The position numbers and the translations under genes were made by a program. Of a stretch of 64,000 nt of DNA, positions 17,970 through 26,951 are shown piece after piece. Origin of the DNA: a bacterium (GTDB taxonomy: Bacteria; Zhuqueibacterota; Zhuqueibacteria; Residuimicrobiales; Krinioviventaceae). The notes beneath the pieces are model-generated. The model saw only the letters and a program-made list of their open reading frames with translations, was not told the DNA's origin and ran no database searches. The stretch covers positions 1,472,001-1,536,000 of the forward strand of contig CAXXMD010000002.1 of assembly GCA_963675755.2 (NCBI GenBank). The letters run 5' to 3'. Position 1 is the first letter of the stretch; each line of letters begins with the position of its first letter.

Positions 17970-19316
17970 TTACATTCCCATTCCTGGTATTTTGGGTGAG
18001 AACACTGCAGTTTCCGAAGAAACTACGGTCAACAATGTCATCACAATCATGATGATCATAGAAACAAATACCTGGATCCAGTCCACAATGGCCTGCATCT
18101 TGTATTTGGATTCTTTTTCATAATAACGTGCAATCTGCAAACTCACTTTTTTCAATGTACCAGATTCAGCACCGGTATTGAAACGAGTAAGCGCATTATC
18201 TGTAAATACTTCTGCTGCTTTTAATGATTCTACAAATCCTTTACCTTCCCGGACCATCATAGGTATTGTAATTTCTTTGATCTGTTTTTCCATATATTTA
18301 TTTCTGCAAGCTTCGGCAGCAGTTCGAATCACTTCAATATTTTCACCGGATCCACTGTACATGGAATTGAATACACGGCAAAAAATCTCAATCGATGTTT
18401 TATGCATGATGGGTCCAAGTATTGGAGCTTTTATTGATATCTTGCCAACAACAACCTGACCCTTTTTGGTCACTGCCAGACGTAATAAAACTATTGGAGG
18501 AACAACCATTGCAAGTATAATCCACACTATATTGGCTGTAAGGAAATGACTCATTTTCAAACTAAAATCAGTCATTGGGGGAAGCTCTGCACCAAAACTG
18601 GCAAACATTTCAGCAGTTTCGGGAAAAATGTAACCGATATAAAATATAACAGCACCCAGCAACACCAGCATTGTAATTGTTGGCATTAACAAAGCGCTTT
18701 TGATACTTTTTTGAAAATCATGAACACGTTCTAAAAAGATAGCGGTATTTTCATATACTTCTGCCATATTACCACTCTTGGAAGCAACACCCAACATCTT
18801 TGCCGGGAACTTGCCCAAAAAGGCTTCCTGTTTTCCAAAAACTTCTTCACCGTCTTTACCATCTTTTAAATCGCTCAAGATCTCTTTAATAATCTTTTTC
18901 ATGGACTTGTTATTGATGTCAGTTTCCAAAAGAGTTAAAATTTCATCAAAAGGAAGTTTCTCTCTCAACAAGTCAGCAGATAAACGAATAAAAGTAATGA
19001 TATCTCCCTGTGGGGGTTTCATTCGTACATCAATGAGACTCTTTTCAACATGGACATTATCAAAGCCCATGCGTCTGAGTGCGAGTTCAACTTCTTCTTT
19101 TGAATAAGCCTGCTGTTCACCTCGAATTGGAGAACCACCCTGCCGGCTTACTTTATACAAATATGTTGCTTTCTTTTGTATAGAGTTGAGCGTAAAACCC
19201 TTCTGACGGGAGATAAGCGCAATCCTCTGTTTCGCTTCAGATTTGTTTTTGGCTTCAATAAACCCCGAAACACGCTTTTGATTTGGGGTCATTCCTGTAT
19301 ATCTAAATTCAGCCAT
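17970..19316 (-). CDS. pilC: Type IV pilus platform protein PilC/GspF
   Basis: MAEFRYTG start, two T2SSF-like domains (SKSGNMAEV, GAESGTL), FGAELPPMT, TM helices; AAGGAG RBS. Confidence 0.9.
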   Translation of the reverse strand: MAEFRYTGMTPNQKRVSGFIEAKNKSEAKQRIALISRQKGFTLNSIQKKATYLYKVSRQGGSPIRGEQQAYSKEEVELALRRMGFDNVHVEKSLIDVRMKPPQGDIITFIRLSADLLREKLPFDEILTLLETDINNKSMKKIIKEILSDLKDGKDGEEVFGKQEAFLGKFPAKMLGVASKSGNMAEVYENTAIFLERVHDFQKSIKSALLMPTITMLVLLGAVIFYIGYIFPETAEMFASFGAELPPMTDFSLKMSHFLTANIVWIILAMVVPPIVLLRLAVTKKGQVVVGKISIKAPILGPIMHKTSIEIFCRVFNSMYSGSGENIEVIRTAAEACRNKYMEKQIKEITIPMMVREGKGFVESLKAAEVFTDNALTRFNTGAESGTLKKVSLQIARYYEKESKYKMQAIVDWIQVFVSMIIMIVMTLLTVVSSETAVFSPKIPGMGM

Positions 19317-19340
19317 TGTTCTCTTTTATCTCCTTTTACT

Positions 19341-19374
19341 AAAAAAGGGCCCAGTGTGTTGCCGGGCCCTTTTT
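19341..19374 (-). terminator. Intrinsic terminator between the pilin gene and pilC
   Basis: Minus strand AAAAAGGGCCCGG-caacaca-CTGGGCCCTTTTTT. Confidence 0.8.
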
Positions 19375-19494
19375 GATTCGAACATGATACTATAGTAATG
19401 ATAGAGCTTTATTACTCTTTTATGATGTTAATCCAATTTGCCCAACTATAATTATCAATACATTCGTTAAATATCATCTAGTTATTTACGGTTC

Positions 19495-19923
19495 TTAACT
19501 GCCTGAAGAAACACGGTCAATTGAAGTAATAGAAATGCTGTTAGCTTGAACTTCCATTACAACCTGAGCCACATTACTATCTTTGTCCTGAAAAGTTCCA
19601 ACACCCTGCAAAGAAACTGCAGTTGCGGTTCCAGCGGTAGAAATAGTATAAGCGCCATTTTCAGTTGACCAAGAAGTAGCTGAGCTACCTACTGGTGCCA
19701 TATCTTGCATTGCGATACCAACAAATGAATTGCCGCCGCCACCCATACTGGTGGGTTTTACAAAATATTGTTGTGCTTTTGCAGCAAGGTTTGTCAAGTC
19801 ATTAATGACTGCTTCCTGATTTGAAGATGCAGCAGATGCACCAAACATTTGAATACCAACTACTACTGCAATACCTACAATAATTACAGAAAGAACGATG
19901 AGTAAAAGTTGCTGTTGACCCAT
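19495..19923 (-). CDS. Probable major pilin (PilA-like) without a class III leader peptide
   Basis: MGQQQ + long hydrophobic helix (LLLIVLSVIIVGIAVVVGI), amphipathic helix (INDLTNLAAKAQQYF), small beta domain; strong AAGGAG RBS, own terminator, first gene of the locus. Confidence 0.8.
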   Translation of the reverse strand: MGQQQLLLIVLSVIIVGIAVVVGIQMFGASAASSNQEAVINDLTNLAAKAQQYFVKPTSMGGGGNSFVGIAMQDMAPVGSSATSWSTENGAYTISTAGTATAVSLQGVGTFQDKDSNVAQVVMEVQANSISITSIDRVSSGS

Positions 19924-20002
19924 TATAAACTCCTTTTGTTAATTAAATGTGTTTGTTTTGTTTTATCTTATTTTTAATTATTTCCAATTTCACTAATGTT
20001 TT

Positions 20003-20019
20003 ATCAAACATTATGCCAG
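20003..20019 (-). promoter_or_regulatory. Sigma54-like promoter upstream of the pilin gene (proximal)
   Basis: Minus strand CTGGCATAATGTTTGAT = GG-N10-GA, a variant of TGGCAC-N5-TTGC, 80 bp upstream of the ATG. Confidence 0.55.
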
Positions 20020-20128
20020 AACTCTATTTATCACACCAACTTTTCAAAAAACGCCATAATTATTTGTTTTATAAAAAATTAAAATGCTCAATATTTATAC
20101 AACATCTCTTTTTTCATTTTAAATACAT

Positions 20129-20145
20129 AGCAAAAGTATTGCCTG
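20129..20145 (-). promoter_or_regulatory. Second sigma54-like motif upstream of the pilin gene (distal)
   Basis: Minus strand CAGGCAATACTTTTGCT = GG-N10-GC. Confidence 0.4.
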
Positions 20146-20533
20146 CAAGGGACAATTCATGGTTCAAATCTTCTTTTTTGGGGCATTTGGGTCAACAATT
20201 ACACATTTCAGGCTTGAATTTGGATTTTTTTTTATGGATTCAATTAATTTTCTGCAAAATGATTGACAAAAAGTATATATAGATAAAGAAAATCAGAAAA
20301 TTTAATTTTTCTGCTACCAAATTTACGAAATATTCATAGCAAACACCGCCTAACGTGAGACAATGGGGCAACACATTCATATTGGGTGGTTACTCAATGT
20401 CACACGTTTATCCTTTCCTTTTCTTTTATCTATTATAAAACAAGCTTTCGGGGTTTACTAAATACATGCATAAAAGGATTGCTTCATTTTTGAAAAATTT
20501 GTACTTTACTCGTCTAATGAACAAGGCGATTAT

Positions 20534-22093
20534 ATGAAAGACAGCAAAAAAATATTATGGGTGGATGACGAGATTGATCTCTTGCGCCCGCATATTCTGT
20601 TTCTTGAAAGCAAGGGATATGATGTTACATCTGTAGCTAATGCTGAAGATGGTATTGAGCTGGTCAAACAGACTGAATTTGATATCATTCTTTTAGATGA
20701 AATGCTGCACGGCATAGATGGGTTAACAGCACTCAATGAAATTAAAGCAATCAACCCCGGGCTGCCGGTAATTATGGTAACAAAGAGTGAAGAAGAAGCA
20801 TTAATGGAAGACGCTATTGGCGCCAAGATTGATGACTATTTAACAAAGCCCGTTAATCCAAGTCAAATTTTGCTGGTCTGTAAAAAGATACTGGACAGTA
20901 AAAAAATCGCCGGTCAAAGAATTTCCCGGGACTATACCATGGAGTTTAACAAAATTGCTATGCAATTGATGGGACCCATGGAATGGCAGGACTGGGTAGA
21001 CATTCATAACAAGTTATCAGAATGGGATGTAGAGTTGGACTCGCACCCCGATCTGGGTTTAAAACAAACCCTATACGATCAGAAAAAAGAATGCAACGCC
21101 GAGTTTGGAAGATTTATTGAAAAAAACTATCTGGATTGGATCAACAGCGACGACCATCCTCCAATGTCTGTAGATGTAATACCCAAGTTTGTATTTCCAC
21201 ATATAAAAGAAAATAAAAAAACCATTCTATTGATTATTGACAATCTGCGTCTTGATCAGTGGATGGCAATTGAGCCGTTATTGCGCTCATATTTCAAAAT
21301 CCAGCGGGACCATTATTGTTCCATTTTACCAACCGCTACCCCCTATTCCCGAAATGCCATTTTCAGCGGACTTTATCCTCTGGAGATTGAAAAGCAATAT
21401 CCGGAAATGTGGTCAAGTGGTGAAGATGAGGATGATATCAGCCTGAATCGATATGAAGGCGAGTTGATGTTAAAGCTGTTGGAAAGGGAAAACATTCATC
21501 TGAAACCCGAACCCAAATACGCCAAAATATTAGACATGCAGGAAGCTCAAAACGTTGCCCGTGATATTCACGATTATGCCAACACCCCGTTCTCTGCAAT
21601 TGTCATCAACTTTGTAGACATACTTGCACACTCGCGCAGTTCATCTACACTTATAAAAGAAATGATTCCCAACGAAGCTGCTTTTAGGTCTACAACCAAA
21701 TCATGGTTTGAACATGCCCACATATATTCGGCACTCCGTTCCCTTGCAGAAAATGGCAATACTGTTGTAATTACATCTGATCATGGCAGTATACAAAGTC
21801 ATCGCGGAACCAAAGTAATCGGCGACAGACACACATCTACCAGTTTACGATATAAATTCGGAAGAAATCTCAAAGTCAGCAACAAGCATGCGCTATTCAT
21901 CAAAGATCCCCGTGCGTACCGGTTACCTGTTCGCGGTGTAAATACAAATTACATCATGGCCAAAGAAGATTATTATTTTGTTTATCCAACAAATTATCAC
22001 CACTTTTTAAATTATTATGCCGACAGTTTTCAGCATGGCGGCATTTCATTAGAAGAACTAGTTTTACCGGTGATCACTCTTGAACCCAGATAA
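20534..22093 (+). CDS. porX: PorX-type response regulator with PglZ (alkaline phosphatase-family) domain
   Basis: ILWVDDEIDLLRPHILFLE, IIDNLRLDQW, ILPTATPYSRNAIFSG, NFVDILAH, TSDHG, FQHGGISLEE; overlaps tsaE as in Bacteroidetes. Confidence 0.9.
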   Translation: MKDSKKILWVDDEIDLLRPHILFLESKGYDVTSVANAEDGIELVKQTEFDIILLDEMLHGIDGLTALNEIKAINPGLPVIMVTKSEEEALMEDAIGAKIDDYLTKPVNPSQILLVCKKILDSKKIAGQRISRDYTMEFNKIAMQLMGPMEWQDWVDIHNKLSEWDVELDSHPDLGLKQTLYDQKKECNAEFGRFIEKNYLDWINSDDHPPMSVDVIPKFVFPHIKENKKTILLIIDNLRLDQWMAIEPLLRSYFKIQRDHYCSILPTATPYSRNAIFSGLYPLEIEKQYPEMWSSGEDEDDISLNRYEGELMLKLLERENIHLKPEPKYAKILDMQEAQNVARDIHDYANTPFSAIVINFVDILAHSRSSSTLIKEMIPNEAAFRSTTKSWFEHAHIYSALRSLAENGNTVVITSDHGSIQSHRGTKVIGDRHTSTSLRYKFGRNLKVSNKHALFIKDPRAYRLPVRGVNTNYIMAKEDYYFVYPTNYHHFLNYYADSFQHGGISLEELVLPVITLEPR

Positions 22094-22544
22094 CAAAAAT
22101 AAAGTCGTATTTGATAAACAATCAACCAGTCCTGAAAACACACAGGAATACGGTAGGTCTTTTGCTGCGTTATTAAAGCAAGGCGATATTATTTGTTTTA
22201 CCGGGAATTTAGGTAGTGGAAAAACTACTTTTATAAAAGGATTATGTGTGGGCCTGGAAGTGAATGATTATGTAACCAGTCCTACTTTTACATTGATAAA
22301 CGAATACAAAGGCAAGCTGCCTGTTTATCACTTTGATTTTTATCGCATCCCCCAGGCTGAAGAGCTTGATGAATTGGGACTGGATGAATATCTGTATGGT
22401 GATGGTATTTGTCTTTTGGAATGGCCTGAAATTATATTGAATTCAATTAACAGTTCTTACTATATGGTTACAATGCAGCATTGCTTTGACAGCGGCAATG
22501 AAACAACAAGACAAGTCACAATAACCTTTAACGGGATCCAATAG
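22080..22544 (+). CDS. tsaE: tRNA t6A biosynthesis ATPase
   Basis: GNLGSGKTTF, VTSPTFTLINEY, HFDFYR, LEWPE. Confidence 0.95.
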   Translation: MNPDNKNKVVFDKQSTSPENTQEYGRSFAALLKQGDIICFTGNLGSGKTTFIKGLCVGLEVNDYVTSPTFTLINEYKGKLPVYHFDFYRIPQAEELDELGLDEYLYGDGICLLEWPEIILNSINSSYYMVTMQHCFDSGNETTRQVTITFNGIQ

Positions 22545-22545
22545 A

Positions 22546-23229
22546 ATGCTGATTTTAGGAATAGAGACATCTACGATGGTTTGCGCGGTTGCCCTTGCTG
22601 ATGAAAAAGGTCTTGTTGTTGAAAGCCGTTTGAATATCAAAAACATTCATGCACAAAAGATCCATGCAATGGTGGATGATCTGTTTACAACCGCGGACTT
22701 GGATCTGAATGATCTGGATGGAATTGCTGTTTCCATAGGACCCGGTTCATTTACCGGATTACGAATAGGGCTTGCAGCCGCCAAGGGATTGGCACTACCA
22801 ACCGATATTCCTATAACGGCAGTCCCCACCTTGAAGGCAATTGCCCAAAAGGCGCCAATCATGGATGGTAAAGTAGCTGCTGTACTTCGGGCCCGTAAAA
22901 ACGAATATTATTATGCATTGTTTGAACGTAACAATTTTATAAATGAACTAGTTCAAGATGTAACAATTATAACACTTGATGATATTGCTAAAGAGATCCC
23001 TAAAGACGCGTTGCTTATAGGACACACGGACGAACTTGATACGCTTTTGCAAAACAAAGCTGCACCAGCACAGTTTTCGCTGCCGGATGCGGTTACAATA
23101 GCAAAGATAGGGTTGGAACAAATTCGCAATAATAACATTCAACCCATTGATACTATTGAGCCTGTATATCATCAAGACTTTATTGCTGGAAAGCCAAAAT
23201 CACCGGTAATTTCGTTTGATCAACAATAG
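22546..23229 (+). CDS. tsaB: tRNA t6A biosynthesis protein
   Basis: ILGIETST, GPGSFTGLRIG..AAKGLA. Confidence 0.95.
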   Translation: MLILGIETSTMVCAVALADEKGLVVESRLNIKNIHAQKIHAMVDDLFTTADLDLNDLDGIAVSIGPGSFTGLRIGLAAAKGLALPTDIPITAVPTLKAIAQKAPIMDGKVAAVLRARKNEYYYALFERNNFINELVQDVTIITLDDIAKEIPKDALLIGHTDELDTLLQNKAAPAQFSLPDAVTIAKIGLEQIRNNNIQPIDTIEPVYHQDFIAGKPKSPVISFDQQ

Positions 23230-23238
23230 AGAATTAGC

Positions 23239-23712
23239 TTGGAATTTTTTAAGCAGTTAAACGAGAATGTTACCCTTCAAGTAAGACAAATGCAGGAAAG
23301 TGATATTGACCAGGTTGCTGAATTAGAAAAAGAAATTTTTCCCAACCCCTGGTCCAAAGTATCATTTGCAGCAGAGTTATTGCATAAATATTCAATATGT
23401 CTGGTGGTTTTTGACGACGAACGTATTATTGCCTATTCAGTTAACTGGTTCATTGAAGACGAGCTACATATTGCCAATCTTGCGGTTTCAAGTGACTATC
23501 GCAAAATGGGTATTGCCTCCTGGTTGATGGAAATCATTCTGTCTCTTTCAGAATCCATTTCAACACGCGTGATTCATTTGGAGGTTAGAAAATCGAATGA
23601 ACAGGCAATAAACCTGTATAAAAAATTTGGTTTTAAAGAAGTGGGTCTACGTAAAAATTATTATGAAAAAGAGCACGAAGACGCACTATTAATGAGTTTA
23701 AATTTAAATTGA
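23239..23712 (+). CDS. rimI: Ribosomal protein S18 alanine N-acetyltransferase
   Basis: FPNPWS, ELHIANLAV, LEVRKSN..AINLYKKFGF..GLRKNYY..EDALLM. Confidence 0.92.
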   Translation: MEFFKQLNENVTLQVRQMQESDIDQVAELEKEIFPNPWSKVSFAAELLHKYSICLVVFDDERIIAYSVNWFIEDELHIANLAVSSDYRKMGIASWLMEIILSLSESISTRVIHLEVRKSNEQAINLYKKFGFKEVGLRKNYYEKEHEDALLMSLNLN

Positions 23713-23727
23713 ACAAATGGAGTTCTT

Positions 23728-24612
23728 ATGGCCTGGTTTAAACGAGGACAAAAAGGTCCAACCACACAAACAAAAAAAGAGTTGCCCAACGGTGTTTGGA
23801 TCAAATGTGAGAGCTGCAATGAAGTACTTTATATGAAAGAGCTGCAAAAAAACATGCATGTATGCTCAAAATGTGATCATCACTTTCGAATTACCAGTGA
23901 TGATTATATTGCTATCATTACAGACCAAGATTCTTTCAAAGAGATAAATCCCAACATTCAACCCATAGACTCGCTAAAATTCAAAGATTCAAAACGATAC
24001 AGCGACCGTATTAAAACCGCAGTTCAAAAAACCGGTTTGGCAGAAGCTGTTAAAACCGGTACATGCACCATTGAACAATTGCCGGTGGTTTTAGCGGTAA
24101 TGGATTTTAGATTTATTGGTGGCAGTATGGGTTCTGTTGTTGGCGAAAAAATTGCGCGTGCAACAAAGCTGGCAATCGAAAAAAAGCACCCACTCATTAT
24201 CATTTCTGCATCCGGTGGAGCACGAATGCAGGAATCTGCACTCTCTCTCATGCAAATGGCCAAAACTTCCGCCTATCTTGCCAGGTTGGCAGATGCCAAA
24301 GTTCCCTATATTTCCATTTTAACCCATCCGACAACCGGTGGAGTTACCGCAAGTTTTTCAATGCTGGGCGATGTCATTCTTGCAGAACCCAAAGCGTTAA
24401 TTGGCTTTGCAGGTCCACGGGTTATAAAACAAACCATAGGCCAGGACCTTCCCGAAGGTTTTCAACGCTCCGAATTTTTACTGGAACATGGATTTGTAGA
24501 TACAATTGTACACAGGCACAAGCTCAAAGAAACATTGTATAATATTCTAACCTTTATGCCTCACAATGCTCCTGCAGCTGCCGCTCAAATTTCGAATAAT
24601 GGGGGCTATTGA
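23728..24612 (+). CDS. accD: Acetyl-CoA carboxylase carboxyltransferase beta subunit
   Basis: WIKCESC...CSKC zinc finger, GGSMGSVVGEK, SGGARMQE, GFAGPRVI. Confidence 0.97.
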   Translation: MAWFKRGQKGPTTQTKKELPNGVWIKCESCNEVLYMKELQKNMHVCSKCDHHFRITSDDYIAIITDQDSFKEINPNIQPIDSLKFKDSKRYSDRIKTAVQKTGLAEAVKTGTCTIEQLPVVLAVMDFRFIGGSMGSVVGEKIARATKLAIEKKHPLIIISASGGARMQESALSLMQMAKTSAYLARLADAKVPYISILTHPTTGGVTASFSMLGDVILAEPKALIGFAGPRVIKQTIGQDLPEGFQRSEFLLEHGFVDTIVHRHKLKETLYNILTFMPHNAPAAAAQISNNGGY

Positions 24613-25376
24613 AACAGTTGAACATATTATTAACAAACGATGATGGTATAGGCGCGCCCGGCCTGGCTGCTCTTGCTCTTGAAATGCAAAAACTGGGCAC
24701 GGTGCATGTGGTTGCACCTGAAACTGAAATGAGCGCTGTAGGGCATGCAATAACATTACATGATCCCTTGCGTGTTAGAGATTTTTATAAAAACGGCACT
24801 TATTTTGGCAAAGCAGTCAGCGGTACCCCAGCGGATTGTGTCAAGATTGCCTGGGGCGCATTGTTAAAAGACTTGCCCAAAATTGATCTGCTTGTATCTG
24901 GCATTAATCAGGGTTCCAATGCCGGCATCAATACAATTTATTCGGGAACCGTTTCAGCAGCAACTGAAGGAGCAATTCTGGGTATTCCTTCTTTTGCAAT
25001 ATCACTGGCATCTTTTACATTTACGGATTTCAGTATAGCAGCACGTTTTGCAGCCAAGCTGACACCTCATATAATGGAAAACAAACTCCCCAAAGGAGTT
25101 TATCTGAACGTGAATGTACCGGCCCTGCCTGAAGATGAAATTCAGGGTGTAGAAATTACCCGACAGGGCATGGCAATCTATACCGAAGAATTTGAGGTAC
25201 GAAGAGATCCAAGGAATCGTGAATATTACTGGTTGACCGGGGAAAAGCAAGAAATAGAAGCTGAACAGGATGTGGATGACAGAGCCATTATGAATAAAAA
25301 AATTTCAATTACACCTGTACACTATGACCTCACATATTATCCGTTTATGAACGAATTAAAACATTGGAACATTTGA
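24609..25376 (+). CDS. surE: 5'/3'-nucleotidase SurE
   Basis: ILLTNDDG, GTPADCV, SGINQGSN, YSGTVSAA. Confidence 0.97.
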   Translation: MKQLNILLTNDDGIGAPGLAALALEMQKLGTVHVVAPETEMSAVGHAITLHDPLRVRDFYKNGTYFGKAVSGTPADCVKIAWGALLKDLPKIDLLVSGINQGSNAGINTIYSGTVSAATEGAILGIPSFAISLASFTFTDFSIAARFAAKLTPHIMENKLPKGVYLNVNVPALPEDEIQGVEITRQGMAIYTEEFEVRRDPRNREYYWLTGEKQEIEAEQDVDDRAIMNKKISITPVHYDLTYYPFMNELKHWNI

Positions 25377-25396
25377 TAAATAAAAAAGAGAGATAA

Positions 25397-26935
25397 ATGA
25401 CGCATAACGAATCGATCATTGTTCTTGATTTTGGTTCTCAATACACTCAACTCATTGCAAGACGAATCAGGGAGCTGGGTGTTTATTCCGAAATCAAACC
25501 ATTTGACTATGATATTGAAAAAATCAAAAAATTGGCCCCTAAAGGAATCATCCTTTCCGGGAGTCCGTCCTCAGTTTATGAAACAGATGCTCCCCTGCCT
25601 GACAGTCGCGTGTTTGATCTGGGCTGCCCGGTTCTGGGTATTTGTTACGGTTTACAGGTTATGGCGCATATTAACGGCGGTAAAGTTGCCGGGGCACTGC
25701 ACCGTGAATATGGCCATGCAGATCTGCAGGTAGATGACCATTCTGACTTGTTTCATCAACTGGACAAGCTGGTATCGGTATGGATGAGCCATGGTGATCG
25801 TCTTGAAGTCCTTCCCCCTGACTTTGAGATCATTGCACATACCAAAAACGCTCCTATAGCTGCGGTACGGCATAAACAAAAACATTATTACGGCATTCAA
25901 TTCCACCCCGAAGTGGTTCACACCCCCCGCGGTAAAGATATTCTTGGCAATTTTGTATACAGAATCTGCGGTTGTGATAATTCATGGGGTGCAACTTCAT
26001 TTGTTGATACAGCAATCAATGATATAAAAAATACCGTTGGCGATGCCCATACCATATGCGCATTAAGCGGTGGCGTAGATTCAACTGTTGCGGCTTATCT
26101 GGTAGCCAAAGCCATTGGTAAAAACCTGACCTGTATATTTGTAGACACCGGCATGCTGCGTGAAAATGAAGCCGAACAGGTTTGTGAATATTTCAAAGAT
26201 GCAGAGTTTAACTTTATTTTTGTAGATGCCTCTGAAAGATTTCTCAGCAAACTTGAAGGGGTTATTGATCCCGAAGAAAAACGTAAAATTATTGGTACCG
26301 AATTTATTCGGGTATTTGAAGATGAAGCGTCCAAACTGGGTGATATTCAATACCTGGTTCAGGGTACCCTGTATCCCGATGTTATTGAAAGTGTATCCAT
26401 TAAAGGTCCCTCCGCCCTTATAAAATCACACCATAATGTTGGTGGATTACCGGAAAAAATGGGGCTTAAACTGGTTGAACCTTTGCGCGAATTATTCAAA
26501 GATGAAGTCAGACGGGTTGGTAAAGAATTACAAATTCCTGAAAATATTTTAAAACGCCACCCCTTCCCTGGTCCCGGTCTTGCCGTAAGGATTTTGGGAG
26601 AAATTACACGTGACAGGCTCAAAGTTCTAAGACCGGCAGACAGAATCTTTATTGAAGAACTGATAGCCAATGAAGAATATGATAATATCTGGCAGGCATT
26701 TGCGGTACTGCTTCCCATTCAAACGGTGGGTGTTATGGGAGATGAGCGTACCTATGAAAATGTAGTTGCGTTAAGAGCAGTAACCAGTCTTGACGGCATG
26801 ACAGCAGAATGGGCAATAATCCCCAACGATCTGCTGGCAAAAATTTCAAACAGAATCATCAATGAAGTAAAAGGTGTGAACCGGGTGGTATATGACATTA
26901 GTACCAAACCACCAAGCACCATAGAGTGGGAATAA
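25397..26935 (+). CDS. guaA: GMP synthase (glutamine-hydrolysing)
   Basis: [49 protein letters not shown]. Confidence 0.98.
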   Translation: MTHNESIIVLDFGSQYTQLIARRIRELGVYSEIKPFDYDIEKIKKLAPKGIILSGSPSSVYETDAPLPDSRVFDLGCPVLGICYGLQVMAHINGGKVAGALHREYGHADLQVDDHSDLFHQLDKLVSVWMSHGDRLEVLPPDFEIIAHTKNAPIAAVRHKQKHYYGIQFHPEVVHTPRGKDILGNFVYRICGCDNSWGATSFVDTAINDIKNTVGDAHTICALSGGVDSTVAAYLVAKAIGKNLTCIFVDTGMLRENEAEQVCEYFKDAEFNFIFVDASERFLSKLEGVIDPEEKRKIIGTEFIRVFEDEASKLGDIQYLVQGTLYPDVIESVSIKGPSALIKSHHNVGGLPEKMGLKLVEPLRELFKDEVRRVGKELQIPENILKRHPFPGPGLAVRILGEITRDRLKVLRPADRIFIEELIANEEYDNIWQAFAVLLPIQTVGVMGDERTYENVVALRAVTSLDGMTAEWAIIPNDLLAKISNRIINEVKGVNRVVYDISTKPPSTIEWE

Positions 26936-26951
26936 AAAAGGATGATATCTT

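Noticed and set aside
8547-19316. Type II secretion system interpretation of the locus
   Set aside because: The PilT-family ATPase, PilM-like domain and separately terminated pilin gene favour a retractile pilus.
19375-19494. Possible riboswitch before the pilC-proximal terminator (GGGCAAA on the minus strand)
   Set aside because: The remaining aptamer motifs are absent and the sequence is AT-rich with no clear stems.
19947-20282. 111-aa plus-strand ORF in the pilin/porX spacer
   Set aside because: Low-complexity F/L/K composition, no RBS, overlaps the likely promoter region.
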